Positions 48,456 to 58,998 are shown, numbered from the stretch's first letter. The stretch: 64,000 bases of DNA from a virus (IMGVR_UViG_3300050821_005065:1-64000), one strand, 5' to 3'. The notes: generated by a model not told the origin, from the letters alone. Program-made: numbers and translations.

Positions 48456-49544
48456 CTACTTTTTCTCCTCCGGTGCGGCTGTCGAAGACACGGCTTCCAC
48501 GTTGCATCCGTGATTATAACGATGCGACTCCGCCACGCTTGCACCACACTTAGCGCAGGTAAAGCGCGGATCGGTCGAAGACACGGCTTCCGAAGGTTGA
48601 GCGGCCTCGGCTGCGTGCTTGCAATCAGTACAGCTACATATAGCCTCGCAATATTTGCAGACCTTACGGCATAACTCATGCTTGCCGTGTAGGCAGGCGG
48701 TTGAAAGGTAGCTATGCAAGCCAATCTTAACCATTGCTAGTGCGGCTTCCGAAGGAATGGGAGATTCGGCCACGAAATCATGCGTAGGTCCGCCGAATAA
48801 CTTGCTGTGCTCACGCGCCTTCTCGGGCTTTTTACACTTGGCACAGATCGGCGTGGCTGCGGGAGATAGTACGCTACCAACCACTTGCATGACCGCTGCA
48901 ACTGATTCTCGATCCAGCCCTTTCGCCGCTTCAGATAGCTGATCGTAGGGGACCATTAACTCTTCATCGGATTCACTCTTGCGCGACGTAACACCCTGTT
49001 TGACCTTAGACGCTATCCAGTTCTCGTGAACTTTGGCAGCGATGAATTCCAAGTCAGGTTTGGGAAATGGTACTGCTGAGGCTCCGCGCTCCACAGGTCC
49101 GTAGGTATTTCGCGAGAGAATGTATGCAGCCAGCTCTGATACTCTGCGCCACAACAGATGTCCACCTACAAGCAGCCCATTTGTTGTATAGAACTCAGTG
49201 ACCCAATCTTCAATCTGCTCGGGCGTGGGTGCGGCTTGTTCCCGGCTAATCCACTCAACCACCTTACTCTCCGCATCTTCACAGGCTTTATCCATTCCAT
49301 GCATTGATACATAATGACCGCCATCGCGATGGATCACAGCAAGAAGGTTAAGCAAGAGATGATGCTCGTCTGTATGGGGGGCTTGTTCCCGGCTGGCGGC
49401 GTCCAAATGTTCCTGAAGCTCAATTGCCTTGTGCCTCCACCAAGCAGCTGAGTATCCGTAGGGAACCTCAGCTTGTAATCGCGCGATGTCCAATCTCTCT
49501 TCCGCCGTTTGCGCGGCTCCCTTGGCTTGCGACGAGTTGCCCAC
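48456..49544 (-). CDS. Mosaic accessory protein containing an RyR-like domain
   Basis: IAAKVHENW...K...LMVPYDQLSEAAKGLDRESV; short direct repeats between modules. Confidence 0.6.
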   Translation of the reverse strand: MGNSSQAKGAAQTAEERLDIARLQAEVPYGYSAAWWRHKAIELQEHLDAASREQAPHTDEHHLLLNLLAVIHRDGGHYVSMHGMDKACEDAESKVVEWISREQAAPTPEQIEDWVTEFYTTNGLLVGGHLLWRRVSELAAYILSRNTYGPVERGASAVPFPKPDLEFIAAKVHENWIASKVKQGVTSRKSESDEELMVPYDQLSEAAKGLDRESVAAVMQVVGSVLSPAATPICAKCKKPEKAREHSKLFGGPTHDFVAESPIPSEAALAMVKIGLHSYLSTACLHGKHELCRKVCKYCEAICSCTDCKHAAEAAQPSEAVSSTDPRFTCAKCGASVAESHRYNHGCNVEAVSSTAAPEEKK

Positions 49545-49790
49545 TTACCCCTCCTTGGACAGCGCCCGAATCGCCGCCGCCACAGTTGGCCCGTCCGTCT
49601 TGTCGAAGTCGAAGGCCAGTTTTGCCGCTTCCTCATATCCCAGCGCCCGCCCCGTAGACATATGTTCTCGGCGCTCCGTGCATCGTTTACAGTTCTCGTC
49701 GAAGCCCTCCGAGTGGCCCACCTTTAAACTTCCCTGCCATCGAATCATTGGCATTCCACAATACGCCAGCTTTTCCAGTTCAGTCGCCAT
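49545..49790 (-). CDS. Hypothetical protein
   Basis: Packed ORF in the minus-strand block. Confidence 0.5.
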   Translation of the reverse strand: MATELEKLAYCGMPMIRWQGSLKVGHSEGFDENCKRCTERREHMSTGRALGYEEAAKLAFDFDKTDGPTVAAAIRALSKEG

Positions 49791-50608
49791 TCTTCACCGC
49801 CTTGGGTGGCTCGTTCGCCTGGTACACAATCTTCCAAATCTTCATAAGCGCCTCGCTCTCGTCGATTGTCGCATTCTCGCCAGCGCCCGCTTCGCATAAT
49901 CCCCAAATCTCGTTGATTCGAGCTTGTCCCTGCGACAGGCCAAGGGTGTAAGCGGCCTTAAATACGTCTTCCTCCGTAATCGGTGACTTCCCATAGCAGG
50001 GACACTGTTCATCGTGCTCTTGTCCGACAAGATAGCCGTCGCAGCCGCGCATGAATCCTATACAAGTCGGCTGCTCGGCCTTCCACTCCCAATACTTGTT
50101 GCTCAGGGTAGGGTCAGTCATCGCTTCACCGGAAGGAATGCCATATTGCGCATTTTGTGCATCCAAGCAAAAACTTCAGGATCAGACAATAAACTCTTAA
50201 TAGTAGCTGCATCTTCCTTGTGCCCACGAGCCGCGTTTGGTGTATCATCTGTCAGTTCATCCGCGTGAATCGCGATGCTGCCCAGCTTGACTAACAACGT
50301 AACGCTCGGCTTCATCGGGTCGGTAGGGTTATCCACGGTTAGCCTCCCACTCGTACACTGTGAATCCAAACGCCTCGCCGATGATATGTTGCCTGCCCGC
50401 CTTGGAAGCTGCTTCGTGCGAGTCAAACAGGCAGATATCTTCCTCTAAGTCGATCAGCGGAAGCGGGAATCCTCCCTGGCTTCGCAACATCACAAAGTAA
50501 GCCATTTCTTATTTCTCTTTCCCGGCCAACCGTTTCAGTAACTTAACCAGTGCGTATCCAATCAGGGCAATGACTGCAAACCCTCCGCCCATCCACCACA
50601 AGACCTGC

Positions 50609-50866
50609 TCAGGAGTCAGCATCGTGTTCTTTCCCGGCAGGAGCGGAGCCGCCCAACTCGCGGTCTCGCAGAATGTCAGCCAACTTCGCGATAAACTCCC
50701 GCCGCTTGCGAATGCCATCCACTCGCGCATCCGCTTTGAAATGCGACATGCGATCCCCGAGTAAACGAAAGGCTGTAATCTCGCGCTCCATCGTCACGAT
50801 TTCCGCCTCGGTCTCAGCGATATCCTGCTTAATCTCCCCGGTCGGTATTGATTCAACGTCGGCCAT
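50609..50866 (-). CDS. Hypothetical coiled-coil protein
   Basis: AAGGAGG RBS; 85 aa. Confidence 0.55.
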   Translation of the reverse strand: MADVESIPTGEIKQDIAETEAEIVTMEREITAFRLLGDRMSHFKADARVDGIRKRREFIAKLADILRDRELGGSAPAGKEHDADS

Positions 50867-51146
50867 CTTCTTCCTCCTTTGCTACATTAGAGACAAGACA
50901 CTCCCCAACGCGACATTTGGGGCATATTTCCTCTGGCAGTTTCCATCCGCTTTGGGCGAAGCGTTTATTGAGATCATCTTCGAGCAATCCTACCTCCGTT
51001 TGCCATCGTCCGCACTTAACGCAGGTAGCTTTCAACGTGGTGCCGATAACATCCAGAGCCGAGAATAGGCCGCTTCCCTTGCCGCTCAACCAGTAATTAA
51101 ACTCGTCCGAGGCATCGTGCAAGACGCCGTGTTGCTGAATTCGCAT
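50853..51146 (-). CDS. Hypothetical Zn-binding protein
   Basis: CAGGAG RBS; CVKCG...CPKC. Confidence 0.55.
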   Translation of the reverse strand: MRIQQHGVLHDASDEFNYWLSGKGSGLFSALDVIGTTLKATCVKCGRWQTEVGLLEDDLNKRFAQSGWKLPEEICPKCRVGECLVSNVAKEEEDGRR

Positions 51147-51405
51147 TTCTCTCCTGCTTTCTTTGCGGGCCGATCTTTCGACCAGCCAATTTGTTACGTA
51201 TGCAAGGTTCCTTCCAAGTTGCTCATAGGTGGCTCGTCCGCATCACTAATAGGCTGCATCGTGTGGCACGGTTCGCACACAGCATAGTAGCGGCCTTCCC
51301 TGAGTTCTCGCGCAAGAATCATCGGCTTGCCGCATGTCGTACATTTGCAATAGAACAGGTCTACGAAATCCTGCTCCGGAATCACTTTACTCATCTCAGC
51401 ATCCC

Positions 51406-52068
51406 TCACTTGCACACGATCCGCATTCCCGTCACCGCTTCCCAAGTGTCAGGTACCGGGTGTTTCGGCATAAATGGCTGCGGGCCGTCCGGCGCAATCC
51501 AGCTTTCCTCTTCACTTCTGTGATGCACCAGCGTTTCGATGTGGCAGTGATCCGCGATGGCCTGCCAGTCAAAACCGTGTCCTACACCTAAAGGTTTATC
51601 GAGATTTAAGCTCCCCGGTGGATCGCCAATGACAGCATCATCCGGCACACACAGCGGCTTACACTCCCGTGCGGTATCTGAGTTGTTCACGCAGGCGACA
51701 GGGTATGCGCTCGATCCCTTTGGACATTGCCATATATCTTTAATCCAGTCCCATGTCGGCTCTGTGGACTCCAAGGGTGCGTTTGGAATAGGGATGCTGC
51801 TACCGGGTGCGGACTCCAGTTTGGGAGCGGCTGGTTCAATCGTTACAGTCGCTTTAGTCGGCAGCACGAGCGGTTCCATCCACATTACCCGCTGGCCCTG
51901 ACGGCTTCCCGAGCAAATGACCTCATCCTGCGGAGTTAGTATGCAGTTTTGTCCCGATACTTTCTGTTCGGTCGCGTAAATCGGCATCGTTACCGTGACA
52001 GTCGGAACTTTATCTGTCTGCCCCATCGCCACTACCACAGAAAGGAATAGGAAGTAGAACGGTTTCAT
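51406..52068 (-). CDS. Exported Cys-containing protein
   Basis: MKPFYFLFLSVVVAMG|Q signal-like N-terminus. Confidence 0.6.
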   Translation of the reverse strand: MKPFYFLFLSVVVAMGQTDKVPTVTVTMPIYATEQKVSGQNCILTPQDEVICSGSRQGQRVMWMEPLVLPTKATVTIEPAAPKLESAPGSSIPIPNAPLESTEPTWDWIKDIWQCPKGSSAYPVACVNNSDTARECKPLCVPDDAVIGDPPGSLNLDKPLGVGHGFDWQAIADHCHIETLVHHRSEEESWIAPDGPQPFMPKHPVPDTWEAVTGMRIVCK

Positions 52069-52421
52069 GGCTTCACCTCGTTAAGACATTTCTCAGCGGC
52101 AGCTTCGGCAGCTCTCTGGCTATACGCCGAATCGTTAAAGCTGCAATCCCCCCAATCGCTACGCGGCTTTTCATATTCGATATAAAACCACGGAGCGTGG
52201 CCGTCGCTGGTTGGACCCGTGAGATAGCCCTCATATCGGGCATAGACTTCTCCGGTTCCATCAATCAAGAATCCGCGGGATTCGCGCCACGGTTTGCCTT
52301 CCCTGTCACTCAGGCTAACGGCAACCTGCCTGATCCAATAGGGATGACTCGCCGTAACTGTGCACGGCTTTCCGCATCCGATCATCCCCGCCAGCAACAC
52401 GGATAACAAGGCATGTTTCAT
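52065..52421 (-). CDS. Putative lipoprotein
   Basis: MKHALLSVLLAGMIGC lipobox-like N-terminus. Confidence 0.55.
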   Translation of the reverse strand: MKHALLSVLLAGMIGCGKPCTVTASHPYWIRQVAVSLSDREGKPWRESRGFLIDGTGEVYARYEGYLTGPTSDGHAPWFYIEYEKPRSDWGDCSFNDSAYSQRAAEAAAEKCLNEVKP

Positions 52422-52425
52422 AGAG

Positions 52426-52809
52426 TTACCTTCCGAATTTCCATTCGTTCCACTTGTTCACGAGATGCTGCTTCGCCGCCGCAGTCCTGAGTTTGGCGAG
52501 GCACCCCGTGGTCATAACCGGGAACATGTTGTCCTGAATATCTTCCCACATATTTCCAATCATGCGGCCGTCGCACGAAAAGGCGATACCGATCTCGGCG
52601 CAGATAAGGCATACGCTCATCCGGCTCCAACTGCCATCGTAGAGCATAGACGTGCGCTCATACTGCTCTCCCGGCTTGATCTCTTTATCGCACTCTTCGC
52701 AGGTGTGAGACTTCCTCGCCTTAACAATTGCGGAGTCAAAAACGTCGGCATATTCGCCGTAATCCCCGCCGATACAAACTCCGCAATCACCCGTCGCCAT
52801 ACCCTCCAT
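52426..52809 (-). CDS. Cys-rich phage hypothetical protein
   Basis: KARKSHTCEECDKEIKPGEQY...CLIC pattern common in phage accessory genes. Confidence 0.65.
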   Translation of the reverse strand: MEGMATGDCGVCIGGDYGEYADVFDSAIVKARKSHTCEECDKEIKPGEQYERTSMLYDGSWSRMSVCLICAEIGIAFSCDGRMIGNMWEDIQDNMFPVMTTGCLAKLRTAAAKQHLVNKWNEWKFGR

Positions 52810-52855
52810 AACTAACCTCCGTTTCTGACCGCCAGCAACAACGCAAGGGCGTACC

Positions 52856-53896
52856 TCACGGCTTCACTCCTAGATTCTCCGGTCTGTAATTCGCGGCCTC
52901 CCATTGCTGCCACGACACGCCTTGCGGCCATTTCTTACTAGGCTTGTCATATGCGCCGATTACCCAACGCTGAAACCCGACAGTCTCTCGCGTTCGCACA
53001 TAGGGCATCGGGTAGGGCCGCGCACCAAACTCTCGCAACCGCCTTCGCCTATAGTCGCAATCCTGCATTGTCTCTCCCGACCAGTAACCGATGATCACAT
53101 AGACCATGATATTGTCGGGCTTTACTCCGTACTTCACGAGCCGCGCCAACCCTAAGAACAAGCGTTCCTCGTCTTTCCTATTGTCCCAAGCGGTATAAAT
53201 GCGCTTGCGGTCCATTGTGTCGTTCCGGTAGTTGACGGATGCAATTGCTTCTGCCGCTTCTTCCGTGAGACATCTCGCATTGATGCCCTGATTGAAGCTA
53301 ACCTTGAAATTGCCGTCTTGTAGTTCCTTGATTCGCGCACGCCATTCAGGCTGTCCGAAAAAGTCGTTATCTAGCAGCAGCACTTCACGAGGCCATGGAT
53401 CGCCACGCCAGATTTCATGGATTGTCCCTACCGCCCGAACTTTGCCTTCCTTCTGTGGAACACAACAATACGGGCAGGTATCCGAAGTCATCCGGCAACC
53501 GCGTTGTGTAAATCCTATCGACTGCCGATAGTAAGGCCAGAGAGAATAATCGCACTCATTGGTCACAATTCCATGCTTCTCTAGGGCCGTTACCTCGCTC
53601 TGGATCGCTGGACTTAGCGGAACGATCTCGGTAGGACGTGCCGGATCAACCCCAGTCCCGCCGACTACTGCATCTGGATACATCCGCAAAAACGTCTCCG
53701 CGAGTGGCAACGTTCGACGAAATAGGATCGACGCATAAACGCACTCGTGATTGTCTCCGAATCGAGGAGCGCAGGCATCCGCATTCCCGGCGATCCGTAA
53801 CTCGACCTCATCTCCTAAAGCTTTGTGATGCGCTGCGATCCGCATCAAGGCTAAGTTGGGGATCTTACCGTCGAGTTGAAATAACAAAACTCTCAT
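52856..53896 (-). CDS. Radical SAM-family protein
   Basis: DGKIPNLALM; FTQRGCRMTSDTCPYCCVPQKEG; LLDNDF; FNQGINAR. Confidence 0.8.
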   Translation of the reverse strand: MRVLLFQLDGKIPNLALMRIAAHHKALGDEVELRIAGNADACAPRFGDNHECVYASILFRRTLPLAETFLRMYPDAVVGGTGVDPARPTEIVPLSPAIQSEVTALEKHGIVTNECDYSLWPYYRQSIGFTQRGCRMTSDTCPYCCVPQKEGKVRAVGTIHEIWRGDPWPREVLLLDNDFFGQPEWRARIKELQDGNFKVSFNQGINARCLTEEAAEAIASVNYRNDTMDRKRIYTAWDNRKDEERLFLGLARLVKYGVKPDNIMVYVIIGYWSGETMQDCDYRRRRLREFGARPYPMPYVRTRETVGFQRWVIGAYDKPSKKWPQGVSWQQWEAANYRPENLGVKP

Positions 53897-54101
53897 TTCT
53901 TCCTTTCCGCCAGCAACCCTACGGTTTAACCGTTAATAGAATCCAAACCGCGCCCGCACTCAGGATGGCTGAGGTTAGATTTATCGCTGCCTGCCATCGT
54001 CGCTTCTGAATGTGCCTCACGCCAACAGCAAGGTTCAGAACGCATGCGAAGATATTCACGGCCAACACCAGTGCGAATCCAGTAGATAGACTCGTCGAAC
54101 C

Positions 54102-54440
54102 TCAGTCTGTAACGACGCGATAGAATCCGCTTCCACCGCCGAAGTATCCAGCCTTCGCAATCGGCGGCCACTGCGGACGCAGGCTTTGAAACAGGTCTAT
54201 CTGCGTATCGTATTCGTGTTGATCCGAGAAGGCGATGACGCGAAACGGCTGGCCTACCGGATATTCCCAAAGGTCGGTAACTGTTTCGCCAAGCTGCATT
54301 GGTTCGCACCCTGCCTTGGTTCCCAGCACAAGATAGCCTTGCTGAGCGATGACCTCGTTCCATAACTCCTTCATCTCGTCTAGTGATGGCCTGCGAGACA
54401 TCTCCTCCCGGATAAACGACTTTAAGCTTCGCCTTCGCAT
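54102..54440 (-). CDS. Hypothetical protein
   Basis: 112-aa ORF with RBS-like upstream sequence. Confidence 0.5.
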   Translation of the reverse strand: MRRRSLKSFIREEMSRRPSLDEMKELWNEVIAQQGYLVLGTKAGCEPMQLGETVTDLWEYPVGQPFRVIAFSDQHEYDTQIDLFQSLRPQWPPIAKAGYFGGGSGFYRVVTD

Positions 54441-54494
54441 CGCTCACCATCTCCTCAGTCTGAGTCTTTGCTCTTATCCAGATACCCTCATGGC

Positions 54495-55163
54495 TCACAC
54501 CCGCGCCAGCTTCTCTTTGCGAGGAAACCATTTTGCGGGTACTCCGGGAGGAATCTGCCTCATCCTGTCTGGAGTAAGGCGGTAGCGTTCGGCTTCTTTG
54601 GGATCAACCATTTCTCCGTTGCCGTAGAACACTACGTCGCATCGTTCATGCAGGCGTTCCTTGTGACACGCTCCAGTATCGCAGGTTCCGCATGAGCGCC
54701 CGAAGGCCCATTGATGAAAACAAATTTCCTTACCGCAGCACATGCAATGAAACGGCGGCGTAAAGTTCCAGCCCTTGTAATCGCGAAAGCAAATATCCAC
54801 CGGAGCGGGCGCATGAACGGTGCCGAAAGAACACAATCGGCAGGACGGATGCTCGGCTGTCGGAGCATGGTAGCCGTGGCAGTCGAGGCAATAGGGAAGC
54901 CGTTCGCCGTCAGCGCATTGATTTTTCCAGCCGTTCCGTTCGCGCATGGCATCGAATCTGGCCTTGCGCTGTAAACACTCCTCGACGATGATTCTGTACT
55001 TCTCCGCGTCGGCAAGTTCGTCTACGGTAATATGGAACCCGACGCAGCCCCAACCGCCACGGCCACATCCGTAACCGTGCAATGCGTCCATATTGGGAAA
55101 TCCAACCTCCGGCACCAAGCTATCGCCGCAAGATGGGCATTTAATTTCTGGAAACTTCGCCAT
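54495..55163 (-). CDS. Cys/His-rich hypothetical protein
   Basis: AAGGGAGG RBS; multiple CxxC motifs. Confidence 0.6.
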   Translation of the reverse strand: MAKFPEIKCPSCGDSLVPEVGFPNMDALHGYGCGRGGWGCVGFHITVDELADAEKYRIIVEECLQRKARFDAMRERNGWKNQCADGERLPYCLDCHGYHAPTAEHPSCRLCSFGTVHAPAPVDICFRDYKGWNFTPPFHCMCCGKEICFHQWAFGRSCGTCDTGACHKERLHERCDVVFYGNGEMVDPKEAERYRLTPDRMRQIPPGVPAKWFPRKEKLARV

Positions 55164-55207
55164 TTTCGCTTCCTCCCTTTCTTATCTCGTGGCACACAGC
55201 AGAACCT

Positions 55208-55459
55208 TCAGGGCTTCACAACTTTCCAATCTCGACACGAAAGCGTCCAGTTGCCCTCAAGCGGCGATTCTTCCGGCTTACCATTGTGCGAAATTGTCTT
55301 TGCCATGATGTTCCGTTCTCCGATGGCCGTCAGTTCAATGACGGTAGGCCCGTAACCTTCGTCGCCGACCAAGCGCGTACCCACTTTCCAACCGTTGTTC
55401 CGGCATACATCCGCGTCCGAATACTCTCCCGGTTTCTGATAAGTCCATTTCATAGACAT
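55208..55459 (-). CDS. Hypothetical protein
   Basis: 83-aa ORF. Confidence 0.6.
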   Translation of the reverse strand: MSMKWTYQKPGEYSDADVCRNNGWKVGTRLVGDEGYGPTVIELTAIGERNIMAKTISHNGKPEESPLEGNWTLSCRDWKVVKP

Positions 55460-55519
55460 ACGTTTTAACCCTCACTCCTAACCGCCCTGTCACGGCGGCA
55501 GGATCAGGATTAAACCCGA

Positions 55520-56242
55520 CTACCCTCCAAACTTCGCTTTTCCAACCGCATTCCCCAGGTTGTCGCCAGCCTTTTCAAGCGCTCCTACTACCCGGTTATG
55601 GCCCACATGGAACTGCTTTCCCTTCACTTCTGGCGCGGCTTTTGCGATAGTGTCTACGGCATGATTCCACGTATTCTGGAAGCTCTTTGGCGTTGGAGCC
55701 GCTTGTAGTCGCGCAACCACTTCTCCGTGCTCCGTGATCGCTCCTGTCATCATTGGCGTTACGCTCCCTTTGATTACCGGAATGAGAGCCAAGAACGCAT
55801 CCAAGGTGCCCGTAATAGCTTCTGCGGCGCCTTCTACCCGCGCTTGCGTATTGGCATCCTTGATGTTTAGTGTCGGAAGAATGGTCGGCAGGTCGCCGGT
55901 AAGCGACTTGGCAACAGTTTCGATTTGTCCGATGAGCCCGGGCTGTGAGGCTGCCGGCGCTGTCTTGTATTGCGTGATGAGGGTTTGTAACTCGGCCAAT
56001 CCCGCGGTAAATTTCGCTTGCCAGGTCTGAATCGCTGCCAGAGCTTCCGGTGCAACCTTGCTCCCTAGGGCTGTAAGGATCCCAACAAAGGCTGTCCCGG
56101 CCGCCCCGATCAACGGAATCAAAGCCGAAGCCGTAGCGGTCCAAATCGTCGTACACCCAGAGAGAGTTAAGCAGAAGGTTGTGATCACAAGGATCAGGAA
56201 GAGTCGATTGAGGCGGTAGTGGTGGCGTGCGAGAAAGTTCAT
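55520..56242 (-). CDS. Putative lipoprotein/membrane protein
   Basis: AAAGGAG RBS; LILVITTFCLTLSGC lipobox; amphipathic helices. Confidence 0.65.
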   Translation of the reverse strand: MNFLARHHYRLNRLFLILVITTFCLTLSGCTTIWTATASALIPLIGAAGTAFVGILTALGSKVAPEALAAIQTWQAKFTAGLAELQTLITQYKTAPAASQPGLIGQIETVAKSLTGDLPTILPTLNIKDANTQARVEGAAEAITGTLDAFLALIPVIKGSVTPMMTGAITEHGEVVARLQAAPTPKSFQNTWNHAVDTIAKAAPEVKGKQFHVGHNRVVGALEKAGDNLGNAVGKAKFGG

Positions 56243-56546
56243 AGTAGTCTCCTTTGAAAAAGTGTGAGGGATGGCCGCCGGTTAAGACGGCCACTCCGGG
56301 TTAGTTCTTCGTTTTCACGTAGACGCTCGTCCAGGTCACGGTTGGATCGTCTGGAGATACAGTGGTTGCTGCGAATTCCGGATAGCCGCCTGCGTTGGCG
56401 ATTTCGGCATTCAGGGCGTCGGTCCACTGCTGCGGTGTCATGCCTTCAGTGGTAGCTACGGCTGGCAGGAATCGGCCATCCGGAGGGTTCGGGGACATTG
56501 AGTTTCTCCTTGTGCGTTTGAAATAAAATGCCAAAGAACTCTATTT

Positions 56547-57467
56547 TTAACTCTCTAATTCGTTAACCTGCCACATCCACACGCCGTTCTCGCGCACTGG
56601 CATCGCGTCAGGGAATCTCGAACGCACGCGATGCCCAGCGGTCGGATCATCGTCCATCGCGCAAGGCACATACTTAAGACAGCCTTGGGGATAACTCTTA
56701 TCCGGATAAAGTTCTACCGAGAAATCGAGCGCGGCGAAGCGATCCTCCGGCCAGTCGGACCCATCCACCGTGCTGTTTTCGTGAGTCATCGCTGCAGTTC
56801 TCATAACCATTCTCCAAAGATTAAGCGTGGTCTCCATTTCGAGCACAAAGGGCTGCCCGTCACAGATCACGTTTTTATCGTCCTCTGTGTCATAGCAGCG
56901 GTTGGACAGCGCGGGCCTGCTATCCCCTGGTTCCCCGTGGGGTCCAACATCGAACCGGGCGACGGCAGACACCAACTGATATTTACGCTTGTTTAATTCC
57001 CGCCCTCGCACGATATGAAAATAGTAGGTTGGATTCGTGATGTCGTCGCAAATGCCGCGGCGCACAGTATGCAACTCGATGACGTAGCCAGGGAACAGTT
57101 GCGGGAACTTCTCGTCGGCCGTCGGGCACCACCGAAACTCGTTCGGCTTTCCGGTTGCTAAGTTGATTGTCGAGATGCCCTTGGTTCCATCGACCGATTG
57201 AATCGCTTCGCAGTTCTCAGGACACTCAAAGTCGGACGCTTTTACGCTGCGTGCGAGTACTCCATAGGCAAGAATCATCACACACGCCGTCGCCGCTAAG
57301 ACTGGAATCCCCCAGACTGCCAGACCGTGCCGTTCTCCATCCTCCAGCCAGTTCCACGCGCTTTGCACTTCCCGCTTCCAGCGAATCACGTTTTCTTTCT
57401 CCTGCTCTGCGGTCCAGATGGGTGTTCCGGGGAACTTCTGGGTATTATGTCCGAAGAAGCGAATCAT
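56547..57467 (-). CDS. Membrane-anchored hypothetical protein
   Basis: AAAGGAG upstream; transmembrane segment near aa 49-70 followed by a Cys-containing domain. Confidence 0.55.
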   Translation of the reverse strand: MIRFFGHNTQKFPGTPIWTAEQEKENVIRWKREVQSAWNWLEDGERHGLAVWGIPVLAATACVMILAYGVLARSVKASDFECPENCEAIQSVDGTKGISTINLATGKPNEFRWCPTADEKFPQLFPGYVIELHTVRRGICDDITNPTYYFHIVRGRELNKRKYQLVSAVARFDVGPHGEPGDSRPALSNRCYDTEDDKNVICDGQPFVLEMETTLNLWRMVMRTAAMTHENSTVDGSDWPEDRFAALDFSVELYPDKSYPQGCLKYVPCAMDDDPTAGHRVRSRFPDAMPVRENGVWMWQVNELES

Positions 57468-57485
57468 CGGAATGGTGCTCCTTTG

Positions 57486-57902
57486 TTAAGTTTGTATTCC
57501 GCAATGCTCAGGCTTCCAGTAGTTCGCTAGATAAATGTCGAGGTCGAGGCTGCCTTGGGCTCGGTTCGCTCCCTTATGCAGTAGCGAGATGTTTAGATCG
57601 GAGTCGTCCCTTTTCCAGCCACCGCTCCCTTTGCTGCGGACATGGCCAAGTTCAACATCTCGATAATCCGTAAAGTGCTGATCACAGGCAGCGCACGGTC
57701 GGCTCTGCCTGAGCAATTCATCCTTCCTTCGCTTCAGCGCCGCCGGCGTTCTCTCAATATGCCCGTCTGGATACTGCCGAATCCCTGGGCCAATATATTT
57801 CCACTTGGGCTGCTTGATCCCAGCCCGAGCTGGTTGCTCTCCTCTGCCGCAGCAGGTTGTAGAGTTCTTGTGGCCGGGAATGGGACATGGCTTAGAGTTC
57901 AC
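57486..57902 (-). CDS. HNH endonuclease-like protein
   Basis: CAAC...ELGHVRSKGSGG...N...HKGANRAQG. Confidence 0.65.
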   Translation of the reverse strand: MNSKPCPIPGHKNSTTCCGRGEQPARAGIKQPKWKYIGPGIRQYPDGHIERTPAALKRRKDELLRQSRPCAACDQHFTDYRDVELGHVRSKGSGGWKRDDSDLNISLLHKGANRAQGSLDLDIYLANYWKPEHCGIQT

Positions 57903-58090
57903 AGCGTTTCACCTTAACCCGACCCAAAGTCCGCTGCCCCTCAAGCTCGGCATCCAACCGTTCTACCTCCTCTGGCTTCACAATCAACCGTAGTTTGTAG
58001 TCGGTTGCTTCTAGAAGGGCCAGCACTTCACGAACAAAGGCCGCCGACGAGGTAAAGCGCGACGATTCGAGGTCGAGCCAGTCTGCCACG

Positions 58091-58741
58091 TCAAGCCTCC
58101 AATTCTGCCGGTGAGACCGCACCCTTAGTAATCCGGTCCAATAGCCGCTTCCTCGCCGACGCTGCCGCTAAGATTTTGCGCTCCTCGCGCTCCACTTCGG
58201 CAACTTCATTCTCGCTCAACCCCAACAGTTTTCTCCGCCGTGAACTGACCGAACTGTGACGCCGCGACCTCACGACAGCTTCCGCCAGGTTGCGCGTTGT
58301 TTTAGTGGTGTCCATAGCCTTGATTGGCTGCACTCTGTTCACCGAATCTCCGTACCGCACGATGACGGAACGAAGAGAAATCCAAACGAATTTCTTTTTC
58401 ACTTCAGCCGCCGGACGAATCAAGTGGAAAGCTTTCTCGATTCCAAGGTGCCTGAGTTGCGCCCCCGGCTCCAACCGGAAAATGTAAAAGTCGATGCAGT
58501 TCTCAGCGCACATTTTGCCATGCCGTACGATATTGAATCCCCACCCGAGGCATCGACCTTTCTTATACGGCTCCCCCACCTTTACCTCAATGGTTGTTCC
58601 GCGACTCGTGTACAGATCGAACGGTGCCCACCGGCCAGTTTCATTGATTGACAGCCCTTTACCACGGAGCCAATGCCGCACCGAACGCTGACCGGAGATG
58701 CCGATATAATCACTATTATCATCATTTAACGATTTATTCAT
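58091..58741 (-). CDS. PD-(D/E)XK-type nuclease-like protein
   Basis: PFDLYTSRGTTIEVK motif; CIDFYIF. Confidence 0.6.
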   Translation of the reverse strand: MNKSLNDDNSDYIGISGQRSVRHWLRGKGLSINETGRWAPFDLYTSRGTTIEVKVGEPYKKGRCLGWGFNIVRHGKMCAENCIDFYIFRLEPGAQLRHLGIEKAFHLIRPAAEVKKKFVWISLRSVIVRYGDSVNRVQPIKAMDTTKTTRNLAEAVVRSRRHSSVSSRRRKLLGLSENEVAEVEREERKILAAASARKRLLDRITKGAVSPAELEA

Positions 58742-58747
58742 GTACAA

Positions 58748-58812
58748 AATTTATACCGGAACACTATGCAAGTCAATAGCCTATTGACATAACCCCTATT
58801 CCATGCGATAAC
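58748..58812. promoter_or_regulatory. Back-to-back sigma70 promoters sharing a palindrome
   Basis: GTCAATAG-C-CTATTGAC; plus strand TTGACA-17-GATAAC, minus strand TTGACT-17-TAAATT; each 6 nt from an ATG. Confidence 0.7.
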
Positions 58813-58818
58813 GGTTAC

Positions 58819-58998
58819 ATGGCAACCGCAACCTTCATCTCCGAACGACCGCCTCACATTCACTCGCCCATCCTAATCTTCGGCGAAGGAGTAGACCTTG
58901 AAGCCCAAGTGCCTGTAGGCTATGCCTGCTCTACTTGCCGGGAAGAACTTTGTTCGCTGGTGCCAAGGGAAATTCCCGAGTATCGGCTTGCATCGTAA
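58819..58998 (+). CDS. 59-aa hypothetical protein (leaderless)
   Basis: ATG at the predicted +1; MATATFISERPPHIH...CSTC. Confidence 0.5.
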   Translation: MATATFISERPPHIHSPILIFGEGVDLEAQVPVGYACSTCREELCSLVPREIPEYRLAS

